DNA of 64,000 nt from an uncultured Methylomirabilota bacterium (GCA_963845565.1 CAWJSJ010000002.1:1888001-1952000), one strand, 5' to 3'. Positions 28,046-38,285 are shown, counted from the stretch's first letter. Numbers and translations: made by a program. Notes: a model not told the origin generated them from the letters alone.

Positions 28046-29505
28046 CCGCCCCTGGTGGAGCGGCGGCGGGCGATCTCCTGGTACAGCGCTTCGTATTCCT
28101 TGGCGGACCGGCCCCAGGAGAAGTCGCAGGCCATGGCATTCGCGACCAGTCGACGCCACCGCTCGGGCTGGCGGTATACAGTCGCGGCCTGGCGGATCGT
28201 GGCGAGCAGGGCTTCCGCGGTGGGCTCGGCGAACTTGAATCCGTTCCCGGTGCCCGTCTCGGGGTCGAACGGCTCGATGGTGTCGTCCAGCCCGCCGGTG
28301 GCCCGGACGACGGGGATCGTCCCGTACGCCAGGCTGTACATCTGGTTGAGGCCGCACGGTTCGTACCGGGACGGCATCAGGAAGATGTCGGCGCCGGCCT
28401 CGATCTTGTGGGAGAGGGCCACGTCGAACCCGAGCGTCAGGCCGATGCGAGACGGGTGGCGCGCCTTGGCGGCCTCGAAGGCCTCGTGGAGTTCGGGCTC
28501 CCCGTTCCCCAAGAGGACGAACTGCGCGTCCAGCGCCAGGATCTCATCCAGCGCCTCGGCGACGAGATCCAGACCCTTCTGCACCGCCAGGCGAGAGATG
28601 ATCGCCAGGAGCGGGACATCCGGGCGTTCAGGCAGACCGACCAGCCGCTGCAGGTCCGCCTTGCACATCGCCTTCCCGGCGAGGTCCTCGCGGGAAAAGC
28701 GGGCCGCGATCAGCGGATCATGAGCGGGGTGCCACTCGTCGTAGTCGATGCCGTTCAGGATTCCGTGCACGTCCTTCGCGCGGCCGCGGAGCACGCCGTC
28801 CAGACCGTGACCAAACTCCTCCGTCTGGATCTCCTGGCTGTACTTGCGGCTGACGGTGTTGATCAGGTCGCAGAAGACCAACCCTGCCTTCAGGTAGTTC
28901 ACCTTGCCGTAGAACTCCACACCGAAGGGGTTGAAGACCTCTCGGCCGAGGTTGGCGGCGACCAGGGCGGCGGGGGCGAACAGGCCGTGGTATCCCAAAT
29001 TGTGTACGGTGAAGAGCGTCCCGGCGGCGCGGAAATCCGGCGTCCCCTGAAAGGTGGTCCGAAGATAGGTAGGGACGAGTCCGGTCTGCCAGTCGTTACA
29101 ATGGTAGATATCCGGTTGGAAGCCGGCGGCCCGCCCCAACCCCAGGACGGCGCGCGAGAAGAAGGCGAAGCGCGCGGCATTGTCCGGATGATCCTCTCCG
29201 GCGACCTGGTACAGCCCATCCCGATCGAAGTACCCGTCGTGTTGGATGAGGTAGGCCGGTACGGCGCCGATGGCCCCTTCCCACACGGTCGCCGTTTCGA
29301 CGCGACCGGCCACGGGGATCGGGAAGGCCACGCCGGTTCGCCGGAGCCCGTGGGCGGCGGCATCCACCATCCGATACTTCGGCATGACGACCCGGATGTC
29401 GTGGCCGAGTGCCTTGAGGGCCTTGGGCAGCGCGCCGGCCACATCGGCCAGGCCTCCGGTCTTGGCGAAGGGGGCGACCTCGGATGATGCGTAGAGGATC
29501 CGCAT
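28042..29505 (-). CDS. glgA: Glycogen synthase
   Basis: KTGGLADV, HCNDWQ, ILNGID, SRLAVQKG, EPCGLNQ. Confidence 0.96.
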   Translation of the reverse strand: MRILYASSEVAPFAKTGGLADVAGALPKALKALGHDIRVVMPKYRMVDAAAHGLRRTGVAFPIPVAGRVETATVWEGAIGAVPAYLIQHDGYFDRDGLYQVAGEDHPDNAARFAFFSRAVLGLGRAAGFQPDIYHCNDWQTGLVPTYLRTTFQGTPDFRAAGTLFTVHNLGYHGLFAPAALVAANLGREVFNPFGVEFYGKVNYLKAGLVFCDLINTVSRKYSQEIQTEEFGHGLDGVLRGRAKDVHGILNGIDYDEWHPAHDPLIAARFSREDLAGKAMCKADLQRLVGLPERPDVPLLAIISRLAVQKGLDLVAEALDEILALDAQFVLLGNGEPELHEAFEAAKARHPSRIGLTLGFDVALSHKIEAGADIFLMPSRYEPCGLNQMYSLAYGTIPVVRATGGLDDTIEPFDPETGTGNGFKFAEPTAEALLATIRQAATVYRQPERWRRLVANAMACDFSWGRSAKEYEALYQEIARRRSTRGG

Positions 29506-29594
29506 GGTGTCACCTTTATGGACGTGAAGTGCTCATCATGGGCCCCGCGGACCGCTCGGCGGCCGGCCAACGGTGTGGCCGGGCGCGGAGTCGA

Positions 29595-30401
29595 TCAGCG
29601 CTGCCCTTCTGGTTGCCTCTTAGTCGGCCGTTTTTCCAGGAATGCTTGCACGCCGGCGCGGACCGCTTCGGATTCGAACAACTCGCTGATGGCATCGATC
29701 GAGACCTGCTGGGCCTCCAGGAGATCCATGCACAGACCGCGGTCCATGACGGACTTCACCGTGCGCAGCGTCACCCCCGGATGTCCGGCGATGGTCCGGC
29801 CGACCTCCTGCGCTGCGGCCAAGGCCTGGCCGGCCGGGGCCACGCGATTCACCAGCCCAAGACGCCAGGCCTCACGTGCATCCACCGGCTCGCCGGTGTA
29901 GATCAGTTCGCGGGCGCGGGACTCGCCGATCAAACGCGGGAGCCGCTCCGTCCCGCCCCCGCCGGGAAACACGCCCAGATTGACCTCCGGAAGGCCCAGG
30001 CGGGAAACCTCGCTGGCGACCCGGAGGTCGCACGCCAACGCTAACTCCAGCCCGCCGCCCAGGCAGTGGCCCTCGATGGCGGCGATGGTGGGGATCGGGA
30101 AGAAATCGATGCGGTTGTATAGGGTGTGCTCCTGGACGGCATGGTCGCGCACGCCGCGCCGGGCCACCATGCCCGGGAACTCTTTGATGTCGGCCCCCAC
30201 GGAGAACGCCCGCCCGCCGGCGCCATGCAGGATCAGGCAGCGGACGGCCGGATCGGCGGCGATCTCGTCCAGGCACGCCAGTAGCTCCGTCTTGGTCTGA
30301 TGAGAGAGGGGATTCAGCGGCGGGCGATCGACGACGAGTGTCGCCACGCCTTGCTCGGCGGCCCAGCGCACGAACTGCCGAGGGGCATCGTTCTGCGGCA
30401 T
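29595..30401 (-). CDS. Enoyl-CoA hydratase/isomerase
   Basis: FSVGADI, GGGLELA, LPEVNLG..PGGGG. Confidence 0.9.
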   Translation of the reverse strand: MPQNDAPRQFVRWAAEQGVATLVVDRPPLNPLSHQTKTELLACLDEIAADPAVRCLILHGAGGRAFSVGADIKEFPGMVARRGVRDHAVQEHTLYNRIDFFPIPTIAAIEGHCLGGGLELALACDLRVASEVSRLGLPEVNLGVFPGGGGTERLPRLIGESRARELIYTGEPVDAREAWRLGLVNRVAPAGQALAAAQEVGRTIAGHPGVTLRTVKSVMDRGLCMDLLEAQQVSIDAISELFESEAVRAGVQAFLEKRPTKRQPEGQR

Positions 30402-30657
30402 GTGTCCTCCGGGGTCTGGTGAGTGTTTCTCGGCGCGTCGCGACTCAGGCGGGTAACTCTACCCCGGAGGCGCGGCGGGATCAAGTCCCATGCGGTGGCC
30501 ATTTGTCAGGAAAGGTAGGCCGACGCGTCTGGGCCGTTGACCGCGACCGCCGATGTGGGAGACACTAGCCCGGTAGTTGTTGCCGACCGACGCCCGGATT
30601 GGTGCCGGGGGCTCGGAGCGGCGCGGGACTCAGGGCGCGAACAGAGAAAGGGGAGCT

Positions 30658-31566
30658 ATGACAACGCTGCTGGCACCCAGGGTGGATCCGGCGCGCGTTC
30701 TCGCGGAAACGGACCGCGGGAAGAAGGCGGCCATGATGCAGTACCTGGCGCAGAAGTTCCGGGTGGATGTGTGGGACATCCTTCACGACAAGGGGACCGG
30801 ACACTGGGGCGGCGCCTCGTCGGTGGCGGAGATCCTCACGACGCTCTACTTCGACGCCATGAAGGTCCGGACCGGCGAACCTCGCTGGCCCGATCGCGAC
30901 CGGCTGGTGCTCTCCAAGGGGCACGCCTCGGCCATGCTCTACACGGTGCTGGCCAACCGTGGGTTCTTCCCGACGGAGGAGCTTCACAGCTTCCGACAGA
31001 TCAACAGCCGACTGCAGGGGCACCCGTGCATGAACGAGACGCCGGGCGTAGACATGTCCACGGGGGCCCTCGGCCACGGGATGTCCGTGAGCCTGGGGAT
31101 GGCCCTGGCGGCCCGGCTCCAGAAGAAATCCTACTGGAGCTACGTGATCATGGGTGAGGGGTGCCTGGACGAGGGCCAGACCTGGGAGGGGTTCATGGCC
31201 GCGGCGAAGTTCAAGCCCGAGCGGCTGGTGGCCATGATCGATTACAACGGCTTCCAGCTCGACGGCAGCAGCGATGAGATCATGCCGCTGGCCCCGCTGT
31301 TCGAGAAATTCAACGCCTTCCAGTGGAACGTGGCGCCCACGCTGTTCAATGGGCATCAGGTCAAGGACGTCCAGCGGGCCCTGGACTGGGCAAACCAGCA
31401 GACCGAATGGCCGGCGGCGATCATCTTCAAGACCAAGAAGGGTCGGGGGATCTCCTTCACGGAGGACACCCACAAGTTCCACGGCGCGGTCATCGACGAT
31501 CAGACCTACGCGAAAGGCCGGCCCGAGCTGCTACAGACCCTGGCAGAACTGGAGGTGGCCCTGTGA
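30658..31566 (+). CDS. Transketolase, N-terminal (TPP-binding) subunit
   Basis: GHWGG, DRLVLSKGH, LQGHP, TGALGHG, GEG..EGQTWE. Confidence 0.92.
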   Translation: MTTLLAPRVDPARVLAETDRGKKAAMMQYLAQKFRVDVWDILHDKGTGHWGGASSVAEILTTLYFDAMKVRTGEPRWPDRDRLVLSKGHASAMLYTVLANRGFFPTEELHSFRQINSRLQGHPCMNETPGVDMSTGALGHGMSVSLGMALAARLQKKSYWSYVIMGEGCLDEGQTWEGFMAAAKFKPERLVAMIDYNGFQLDGSSDEIMPLAPLFEKFNAFQWNVAPTLFNGHQVKDVQRALDWANQQTEWPAAIIFKTKKGRGISFTEDTHKFHGAVIDDQTYAKGRPELLQTLAELEVAL

Positions 31567-32708
31567 AGAGCGACGTGAAGCTCCTCTCGATGCGTGACGC
31601 GCTGGGGCAGGCGCTGGTGGAACTGGCCCCACAGATCCCCGAGCTGGTCGTGCTGGACGCCGACGTCTCGGCCAGCACCAAGACCGGTGCCTTCGCCAAG
31701 GCTTATCCCGATCGCTTCTTTAACGTGGGCGTGGCCGAGGCCAACATGGCCGATATCGCCGCGGGTTTGGCCACGGCGGGCCTGCGTCCGGTGATCAACA
31801 GTTTCTCCTTGTTCCTGGCGTTGAAGTGCGCCGACCAGATCCGCAACACGATCTGCTACAACAACCTGCCGGTGATCCTGGCGGGTGCGTACGGTGGACT
31901 GTCGGATTCCTACGACGGGGCCAGCCATCAGGCGATCCTGGACGTGGGGATGCTGCGCGTGCTGCCCAACATGGTGGTGATCGTACCGGCGGACGCCGCC
32001 GAGACGAAGCAGGCCCTCAAGCTGGCGCTGCGCCGGAACGGTCCGACGTTCATCCGGGGCTGCCGGAATGAGACACCCATCCTGTTCGAGGACGCCGAGC
32101 CGTTCCAGATCGGGAAGGCTCGGAAGCTCCGGGACGGCAAGGACCTCACCATCGCCGCCTGCGGCGTGCCCGTCGTGATGGCGATGGAAGCCGCCGAGCA
32201 GCTCGCCAAAGTGGGGATCAGCGTGGACCTGCTGGCCGTCGCCACGGTGAAGCCGATCGATGCGCCGGCGCTGGCCGCCTCGGCCCGCAAGACGGGGGCG
32301 GTGCTCTCCGTGGAAGAGCACAACATCGTCGGCGGGTTCGGCGGGGCTGTGGCCGAGGCGCTGGCCAAGCATGCGCCGACGAAGATGGACTTCATCGGGG
32401 TTCAGGACCGCTTCACCGAGTCCGGGGCCTACGATGCCCTGATGAAGAAGTACGGCATCTCGGTCGAGGCGATCGTGGCCAAGGCCAAGGCGCTGGTCGC
32501 GGCGAAGCCGAAGGCGCCGAAGGCCGCTCCCGCGGCGGCGCCTGGCCGGAAAGCCGTCGCGAAGACGGTCGTCAACCGGAAGGTCGTCGCGACGAAGTCG
32601 GTGGCGAAGAAGGCCGTGGCCAAGAAGCCGGCGGCGAAAAAGGTCGCCGCGAAGAAGGTGGTTCGGAAGAAGGCGGTTGCCAAGCGGCCCGTCCGCAAGG
32701 CGAGGTAG
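31563..32708 (+). CDS. Transketolase, C-terminal subunit with Lys/Ala-rich tail
   Basis: GTG start overlaps upstream stop; GVAEANM, DGASHQ, VEEH; about 70-aa KKxxA tail. Confidence 0.9.
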   Translation: MKSDVKLLSMRDALGQALVELAPQIPELVVLDADVSASTKTGAFAKAYPDRFFNVGVAEANMADIAAGLATAGLRPVINSFSLFLALKCADQIRNTICYNNLPVILAGAYGGLSDSYDGASHQAILDVGMLRVLPNMVVIVPADAAETKQALKLALRRNGPTFIRGCRNETPILFEDAEPFQIGKARKLRDGKDLTIAACGVPVVMAMEAAEQLAKVGISVDLLAVATVKPIDAPALAASARKTGAVLSVEEHNIVGGFGGAVAEALAKHAPTKMDFIGVQDRFTESGAYDALMKKYGISVEAIVAKAKALVAAKPKAPKAAPAAAPGRKAVAKTVVNRKVVATKSVAKKAVAKKPAAKKVAAKKVVRKKAVAKRPVRKAR

Positions 32709-32737
32709 CCGTTGTAATCGGCCAGTATTTCGTAACG
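32708..32737 (-). repeat. Possible internally deleted copy of repeat family B
   Basis: GCCGTTGT..GGCCAGTATTTCGTAACG resembles both ends of the 27945 copy. Confidence 0.35.
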
Positions 32738-32832
32738 AACGGTCGAACAAACGGCACTGACCACGCGGCGGGGCCCTCGGGGCCCCGTTCGCGCTTTTGG
32801 TCGGGCGAAGGGTACAGAGAGGAGCGGGGCAA

Positions 32833-33585
32833 ATGAAGCTTGCGGGGAAGATCGCCCTCGTGACCGGCGGGGCGCGGAGCATCGGACGGGGCATTGCCCT
32901 GGGACTCGCCCGAGAGGGCGCGGACGTCGGCGTCATCTATGTGAACCATCCCGAGGCGGCTCAGGCCGTCGTCCGCGAGATCGAGGCGCTGGGCCGCCGT
33001 GGTCTGGCGGTCAAGGCGGACATCGCCAAGCAGGCGGAGGTCCAGGCCGCGGTGGCGGAGGTGGAGCAGCGCCTGGGGCCGATCGATATTCTGGTCAGCA
33101 ACGCCGGGGTGCAGAAGCGCATCTTCTTCCTCGACCTGCCGGAAGCCGATTGGGACTGGATCGTGGATACCAACCTCAAGGGCTGCTACCTGGTGGGACA
33201 GGCCGTGGCAGCCCGGATGAAGGAGCGGGGGCGGGGGAAGATCGTCAACGTGTCCTCGGAGGCGGCCGGCTTTCCCGCCCCGCGGATGACGGCCTACTGC
33301 GTCTCCAAGGCCGGCGTGGCGATGCTGACCAAGTGCATGGCGCTGGAACTGGCCCAGTACGGCATCCGCGTGAACGCGCTGGCACCGGGGCTCACCCGCA
33401 CCGATCTGAACAGCAAGGACCTGGACGACCCGGAGTTTCTCAAACTGCGCGTCGCCCGGATCCCCCTCGGTCGGGTCATGTCCCCCGACGATCTGGTGGG
33501 CGCCGCGGTCTTCCTGGCCTCCCCCGATTCCGACAGCATGACCGGCCAGACCCTCCAGGTGGACGGAGGACGCGGGATCGCGTAG
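32833..33585 (+). CDS. Short-chain dehydrogenase/reductase (FabG/GDH-like)
   Basis: TGGARSIG, SNAG, YCVSK. Confidence 0.92.
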   Translation: MKLAGKIALVTGGARSIGRGIALGLAREGADVGVIYVNHPEAAQAVVREIEALGRRGLAVKADIAKQAEVQAAVAEVEQRLGPIDILVSNAGVQKRIFFLDLPEADWDWIVDTNLKGCYLVGQAVAARMKERGRGKIVNVSSEAAGFPAPRMTAYCVSKAGVAMLTKCMALELAQYGIRVNALAPGLTRTDLNSKDLDDPEFLKLRVARIPLGRVMSPDDLVGAAVFLASPDSDSMTGQTLQVDGGRGIA

Positions 33586-33688
33586 CCTCCAGTTCGAGGA
33601 TCGTGGCTTCTTGCGCAGGCAAGAGGAGTTGTCTTGACTGGAGGTAAGGATTCTGTGCATCCTTGCATATCGGTTCGAGGGGAGATGC

Positions 33689-33930
33689 ATGCTAGCCAAA
33701 AAGACCTCGAAACATCAAGTCACGCTGCCGAAGGCGATCGTTCAGCAGATCCCCGATACGGAATACTTCGACGTATCGGTTCAGAAGGGGGCCGTGCTCC
33801 TGAAACCCGTTGTCGTCAGCGTGTGCGGGAGAGCGTCTTCGCGCAGTACGGGAGAAGGTCCAGGCGTTAGGGCTCACGGAAGATGACGATGGCGGGGGCG
33901 ATCCGCTGGGCCAGAGGTCGGAAGCGCTGA
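33689..33930 (+). pseudogene. AbrB/MazE-type antitoxin, frameshifted
   Basis: MLAKKTSKHQVTLPK; continuations ERLRAVREKVQALGLTEDD and AIRWARGRKR are in other frames; upstream palindrome GTAAGGAT..ATCCTTGC. Confidence 0.65.
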
Positions 33931-34043
33931 TGTGTCGTGGTCTTGGGCACCCGACGCGCCGACTGCTCGCCCCGTGTCGAGACCCGGAGGGGGCGGAAGT
34001 CGCTCGAATGCGCCGTGCCGGGCAAGCCCGGTCTCAGGACGAT
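33930..34043 (+). pseudogene. Possible PIN toxin remnant
   Basis: ATG overlaps antitoxin stop; VVVLGT resembles VVLDT; ends at the mobile element. Confidence 0.25.
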
Positions 34044-35168
34044 TAGGGGACGCCCTTAATATATTTAATTTACATCTTGACAACCCGTCGTCAGCGGAGC
34101 TACGGTCTTCCCATGCCGCGTGGGTCACGCCTGGATGCGCCGGGTGCCCTGCACCATGTCATGGTGCGGGGAATCGAGGGCCGATCCATCTTTGCGGATG
34201 ACGGGGATCGGCAGGATTGGGTCGACCGACTGGCGACGATCGGACCGGAGACGGGCCTCGCGGTCCTGGCGTGGGCGCTGCTTCCCAATCATTTTCACCT
34301 CCTGGTCCGGACGGGGACGCGGCCGCTGGCGACGACCATGCGACGTCTCCTCACCGGGTACGCCGGGGGCTTCAATCGGCGCCACAAGCGGGCCGGCCAT
34401 CTCTTCCAGAATCGGTACAAGTCCATCTTGGTGGAAGAGGAGCCCTACCTGCTGGAGCTGGTACGGTACGTCCACCTCAATCCCCTGCGAGCCAAAATAG
34501 TCAGCACGCTGGATGTGCTCGATGAATATCCCTGGACCGGGCATAGCGCCCTCCTGGGGCGTGTGCCTCGGCCGTGGCAGGCCGTCGGCGAGGTGCTCGG
34601 CTGTTTTGGGCCCACGTTCGCGGCACGCGAGACATCGGTATCGGGAGTATGTGGCCGAGGGTGTCGCGCAAGGCCGACGCGTAGACCTGCAAGGGGGCGG
34701 CTTGCGCCGGAGTGCAGGAGGGTGGGAAATCGTCGGGGATCTCCATCGGGGCCGCGAACATGGCATGGCCGACGAGCGGGTGCTGGGCAGCGGCACCTTT
34801 GTGGAAGAGGTGCACCGCACGGTTGCGGCGCAATCCACGCCCGTGCCCCGTGCGGTGGCGTTGGCACGGTTGCCGAGGCTTCTCCAGCGGTGTGCTGGTC
34901 TCTGGGGGATCACCGTCGAGGAGTTGTGCGCTGGAAGCAGGCGGCGTGTAGTGTCGCAGGCCCGCGCGGTGGTTGCCGGACTTGCGATGCGGAGACTCGG
35001 CCTTCCTATGACCGAAGTGGCGCGTGCGTTGGGAGTATCGTCAGTCGCCATTTACAAAGGGCTTTCGCATTGCGATGCGATCCTCGGCCGCCGGGGATTG
35101 AGCGTCGAAGAGGTGATGCCACGTGAGCATCAGATTGTGAAAGGTAAATAAATTAAGGGCGTCCCCTA
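34044..35168 (+). mobile_element. RAYT/HUH transposase element with 24-bp terminal inverted repeats
   Basis: TAGGGGACGCCCTTAATATATTTA (34044-34067) vs TAAATAAATTAAGGGCGTCCCCTA (35145-35168), 23/24 match. Confidence 0.8.
34113..35151 (+). pseudogene. REP-associated tyrosine (Y1 HUH) transposase with C-terminal HTH; one frameshift near 34618
   Basis: HHVMVRG, PNHFHLL, GHLFQNRYKS, YVHLNP; second frame gives DERVLG and EVARALGVS. Confidence 0.85.
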
Positions 35169-35368
35169 TTCTTGCACGCGGGTGAACAGTTCGGCGCATG
35201 ACGCGCCCGAGTGCATCGCACCTTCCAGGTAGCCGAAACCGCTTTACATCGCCGGAACCGTCTGGCAGTTTCCCTGCGGTCCGTGAATGGTGGCAAGGAT
35301 CGCGCACCGCGCGAGGCGTCGTGGGCGGCGCATTGCCATTCTCGCAGTGGATTGGAACGGAGGTGCGG

Positions 35369-35923
35369 ATGATCAGCGGAGCCGTTCTTGGGATTGTCGT
35401 TCTATTTGTGGTTCTTGTCGTGGTCGTGGGGGCCGTGATGCTGGTGTCCTCGAAGAAGACGCCAGCCCCAACGTTCCCATACCAGAGGGAAACACACCTC
35501 GTCTCGCCTGCGGAACGGTCCTTCCTGGGGGTCCTGGAGCAAGCCGTTGGGGACCAGTATCGGATCATGGGGAAGGTGCGGCTGGCCGATGTCATCAAGG
35601 TGCGGTTCGGCATGAACGGGAAGGGCCGCCAGAGTGCCTTCAATCGGATTCAGAGCAAACACGTGGACTTCGTGGTCTGCCACGCGAAGGACTTGGCCGT
35701 CCAATACGTGGTCGAACTTGACGATAAGAGTCACGAGCGCGCCACGCGCCAGGGCCGGGACGAGTTCGTGGATCAAGCCCTTCAGGCTGCGGGAGTCCCG
35801 ATCTTCCACTTCAGCGCGAAGCGGAGCTATGCGGTGGCGGATGTGCAAAAGGTCCTCGCGGCGAAGCAGACGCTACCGGACCATGAGGCTTGGCCCGCCC
35901 CGTTAGACGACAAGCAGATGTAG
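35369..35923 (+). CDS. DUF2726 membrane-anchored restriction-endonuclease-like protein
   Basis: N-terminal TM; SPAERSF, KVRLAD, KHVDFV, VELDDKSH, RDEF. Confidence 0.85.
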   Translation: MISGAVLGIVVLFVVLVVVVGAVMLVSSKKTPAPTFPYQRETHLVSPAERSFLGVLEQAVGDQYRIMGKVRLADVIKVRFGMNGKGRQSAFNRIQSKHVDFVVCHAKDLAVQYVVELDDKSHERATRQGRDEFVDQALQAAGVPIFHFSAKRSYAVADVQKVLAAKQTLPDHEAWPAPLDDKQM

Positions 35924-35928
35924 GGCCA

Positions 35929-36654
35929 ATGCTCCTCCTTCTCGCGTTGGCGCTGATAGTCACGGCGGTCCTCGCTCTGCCTCAAGTCCGGGGCTGGATC
36001 GGCGAGAAGACCACCACTGTCGGGTTGCGACTCGGCCTCGATGCGGCGACCTATCGGCAAATCGACAATGTCATCGTGCCATCGCAGAATGGCACCACCC
36101 AGATCGACCACATCCTGGTCTCCGTCTACGGCATCTTCGTCATCGAAACCAAAAACATCAAAGGCTGGATTCTCGGCTCCCCCGAGAACACCACCTGGAC
36201 GCAGGTGCTCGTCGGGAAGAAGTACCCGTTCCAGAATCCCCTCAAGCAGAACTATCGGCACACACGGTGTCTCGCGGAATACTTGCACCTGGACCATCGA
36301 GTGTTCCACTCGGTTGTGTGGTTCATTGGCGACTGCACGTTCAAGGCGGTGATGCCCGAGAACGTCCTGGCATCAGGACTCTCCCGGTACATCAAAAACG
36401 TCAGTTCGCGGTGTTTGACGGAAGATCAGGTCGCCGAGACTGAAAGCACCCTCAGAACCCTCAAAGACCACCCCGTCGCCACGAGGGGCGAGCACCTGCG
36501 GTCCCTTCAGGATCGCCACCAGTCGGAGACGGTGTGCCCCCGGTGTGGCGCACCGCTGAAGCAGCGAACCGCGAAAAGGGGAATACGGGCCGGGAACCCT
36601 TTCCTGGGCTGCTCCCGCTATCCGGCTTGCCAGTATACCAGAAACATCGGCTGA
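35929..36654 (+). CDS. NERD nuclease with topoisomerase-type C4 Zn ribbon
   Basis: N-terminal TM; GWIGE, TQIDH, IETKN, NPLKQN; CPRCG..FLGCSRYPAC. Confidence 0.88.
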   Translation: MLLLLALALIVTAVLALPQVRGWIGEKTTTVGLRLGLDAATYRQIDNVIVPSQNGTTQIDHILVSVYGIFVIETKNIKGWILGSPENTTWTQVLVGKKYPFQNPLKQNYRHTRCLAEYLHLDHRVFHSVVWFIGDCTFKAVMPENVLASGLSRYIKNVSSRCLTEDQVAETESTLRTLKDHPVATRGEHLRSLQDRHQSETVCPRCGAPLKQRTAKRGIRAGNPFLGCSRYPACQYTRNIG

Positions 36655-36904
36655 CTGTTCTGTTGTGTGTTTTGCGCCGTGGCGCCCGCTTGCATCGCGC
36701 CGCTGGCGTGATCTCCGGCCGCTTGACGCCCCGCTGAACGTCTTGGAGGAACACGGGGTGATCACGCAGGCCGAGGTGTCTGGAGGAGATCAAGCGGCTC
36801 AGAGCAGAAGTCCGTGAAGGCCCGCTAGAAACACCACGAGCGCCGAGGGGACCCCCGACGCTCCGGCGGGACACACGTCGCGCTGGTCGTGGTGGCGCCC
36901 CCGC

Positions 36905-37210
36905 TCACGCGGACGGGGGCTCGATCCGCAACCGAGCGGCAGTCTCCTTGATCATGGCGGTGAACCATTGGGCCGTTTCGGCCCGTTCTGTGCGGACGCG
37001 CTCGGTCTCGGCCTGGAGTCGCCGGACCTCCTCGCGCAACGCCTCACATTGCTGCTGGAGCCGCTCGCATTCCGTCTGGGCAGCCTCCGCCACCACCTTG
37101 AACTGGCTACGCTCGCGCAGAAGCTGGCGAACCCCCTCGAAGACCGCCGGACCTTCTTCCATCCACCGAAGCACGTGCTCCTGCGCTGTTCCCGCCATCT
37201 CACTGGTCAT
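36905..37210 (-). CDS. Small coiled-coil hypothetical protein
   Basis: GGGAG RBS; E/R/Q heptads; an in-frame upstream start at 37348 would add a TM. Confidence 0.55.
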   Translation of the reverse strand: MTSEMAGTAQEHVLRWMEEGPAVFEGVRQLLRERSQFKVVAEAAQTECERLQQQCEALREEVRRLQAETERVRTERAETAQWFTAMIKETAARLRIEPPSA

Positions 37211-37616
37211 GGTTCGCTCTCCCTGGTGTGTCGTGGCCTGATGCCGATCGTGGGTGGTGACGTCTCGAAGACACCGATATCTCCAGGCTAGGTAGCCCCC
37301 CACGAGGGGGACGCAGGCGAGGAGCATCAGGGTGAGGAGCGAGGGCATCTGCGCCCGTCTTCCCAGCACCGCGCAGGCTCACGTGCGGTGCCGCCGCCCG
37401 GCGCGGTCGCCCTGGGGATTAGAGCGGCACCCCGTGCCGAGAGGTGCACGCGCTCTCTTGCGGCCGTCAAATACCACGAGCGCCGAGGCGGTCCCGACGC
37501 TCGCCGAATACGGATTGAGCGCAATGATCTAATTTCGGTAACGGTGTCTCCAGGCGAGGACACACAGCAGTGCGGCCTCGAACACGAGGAACGTGAGGAT
37601 CTCACTAACGTCCATC

Positions 37617-38285
37617 TTACCGGTCTCTACTCGTTCGGTGCCGTCGCCATGCCATCCCGCCCAACCCCGCCAGGCCCGAGCCGAGGAGTAAGAGTGTGGA
37701 GGGTTCGGGGACTGGTGCCACCGCCTTCCCGTTGATCTCAAACATGCCGACAGGGTAATCGCTCTTGTAAAACGCTTGCCCCAGACCTGGTTCGTAGTCC
37801 CACAGCCCGCTGCTAGAAAACATGCCCCCCACGGACGCGCCGCCGGAAAGCGTGTACGTGCCATCCGATCCGGTCCACCACGCCGCTCCGTCGATTCCTT
37901 GTAGGACCAGATAGTAGGTCCCCGGCCCCAAGTGTAAGACTGACGGCAAGCCAACAAGGGTCAGGTCTGTGGCAGAATTCGGATTGTGGACCTGGAAGGT
38001 CGAATAGATAGTGCGGCTGACGTCTAGGCCACCAGTCAAGAGGCCCTGTAGGGAGACGGAAGGATATCCGGTCGCACTGTTGAGCACCATGCCGACGGAA
38101 TAAATGTCGCTTGGCTGTGCGAGGCCAAATTGAATAGCAATCCACGATTGCTCGCTGACGGCGTATCCGACGGACCCGACCTGCGGTGGGTCCAACGCGC
38201 CCACGAGTACCGGAGTTGCCCACGCCGACGGATTCCCAGGGAATCCCAAAATCATTACGACAAGAAAGAACCGAAAGGCTCTCAT
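37617..38285 (-). CDS. PEP-CTERM sorting-domain protein
   Basis: Signal peptide; VPEPSTLLLLGSGLAGLGGMAWRRHR. Confidence 0.9.
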   Translation of the reverse strand: MRAFRFFLVVMILGFPGNPSAWATPVLVGALDPPQVGSVGYAVSEQSWIAIQFGLAQPSDIYSVGMVLNSATGYPSVSLQGLLTGGLDVSRTIYSTFQVHNPNSATDLTLVGLPSVLHLGPGTYYLVLQGIDGAAWWTGSDGTYTLSGGASVGGMFSSSGLWDYEPGLGQAFYKSDYPVGMFEINGKAVAPVPEPSTLLLLGSGLAGLGGMAWRRHRTSRDR

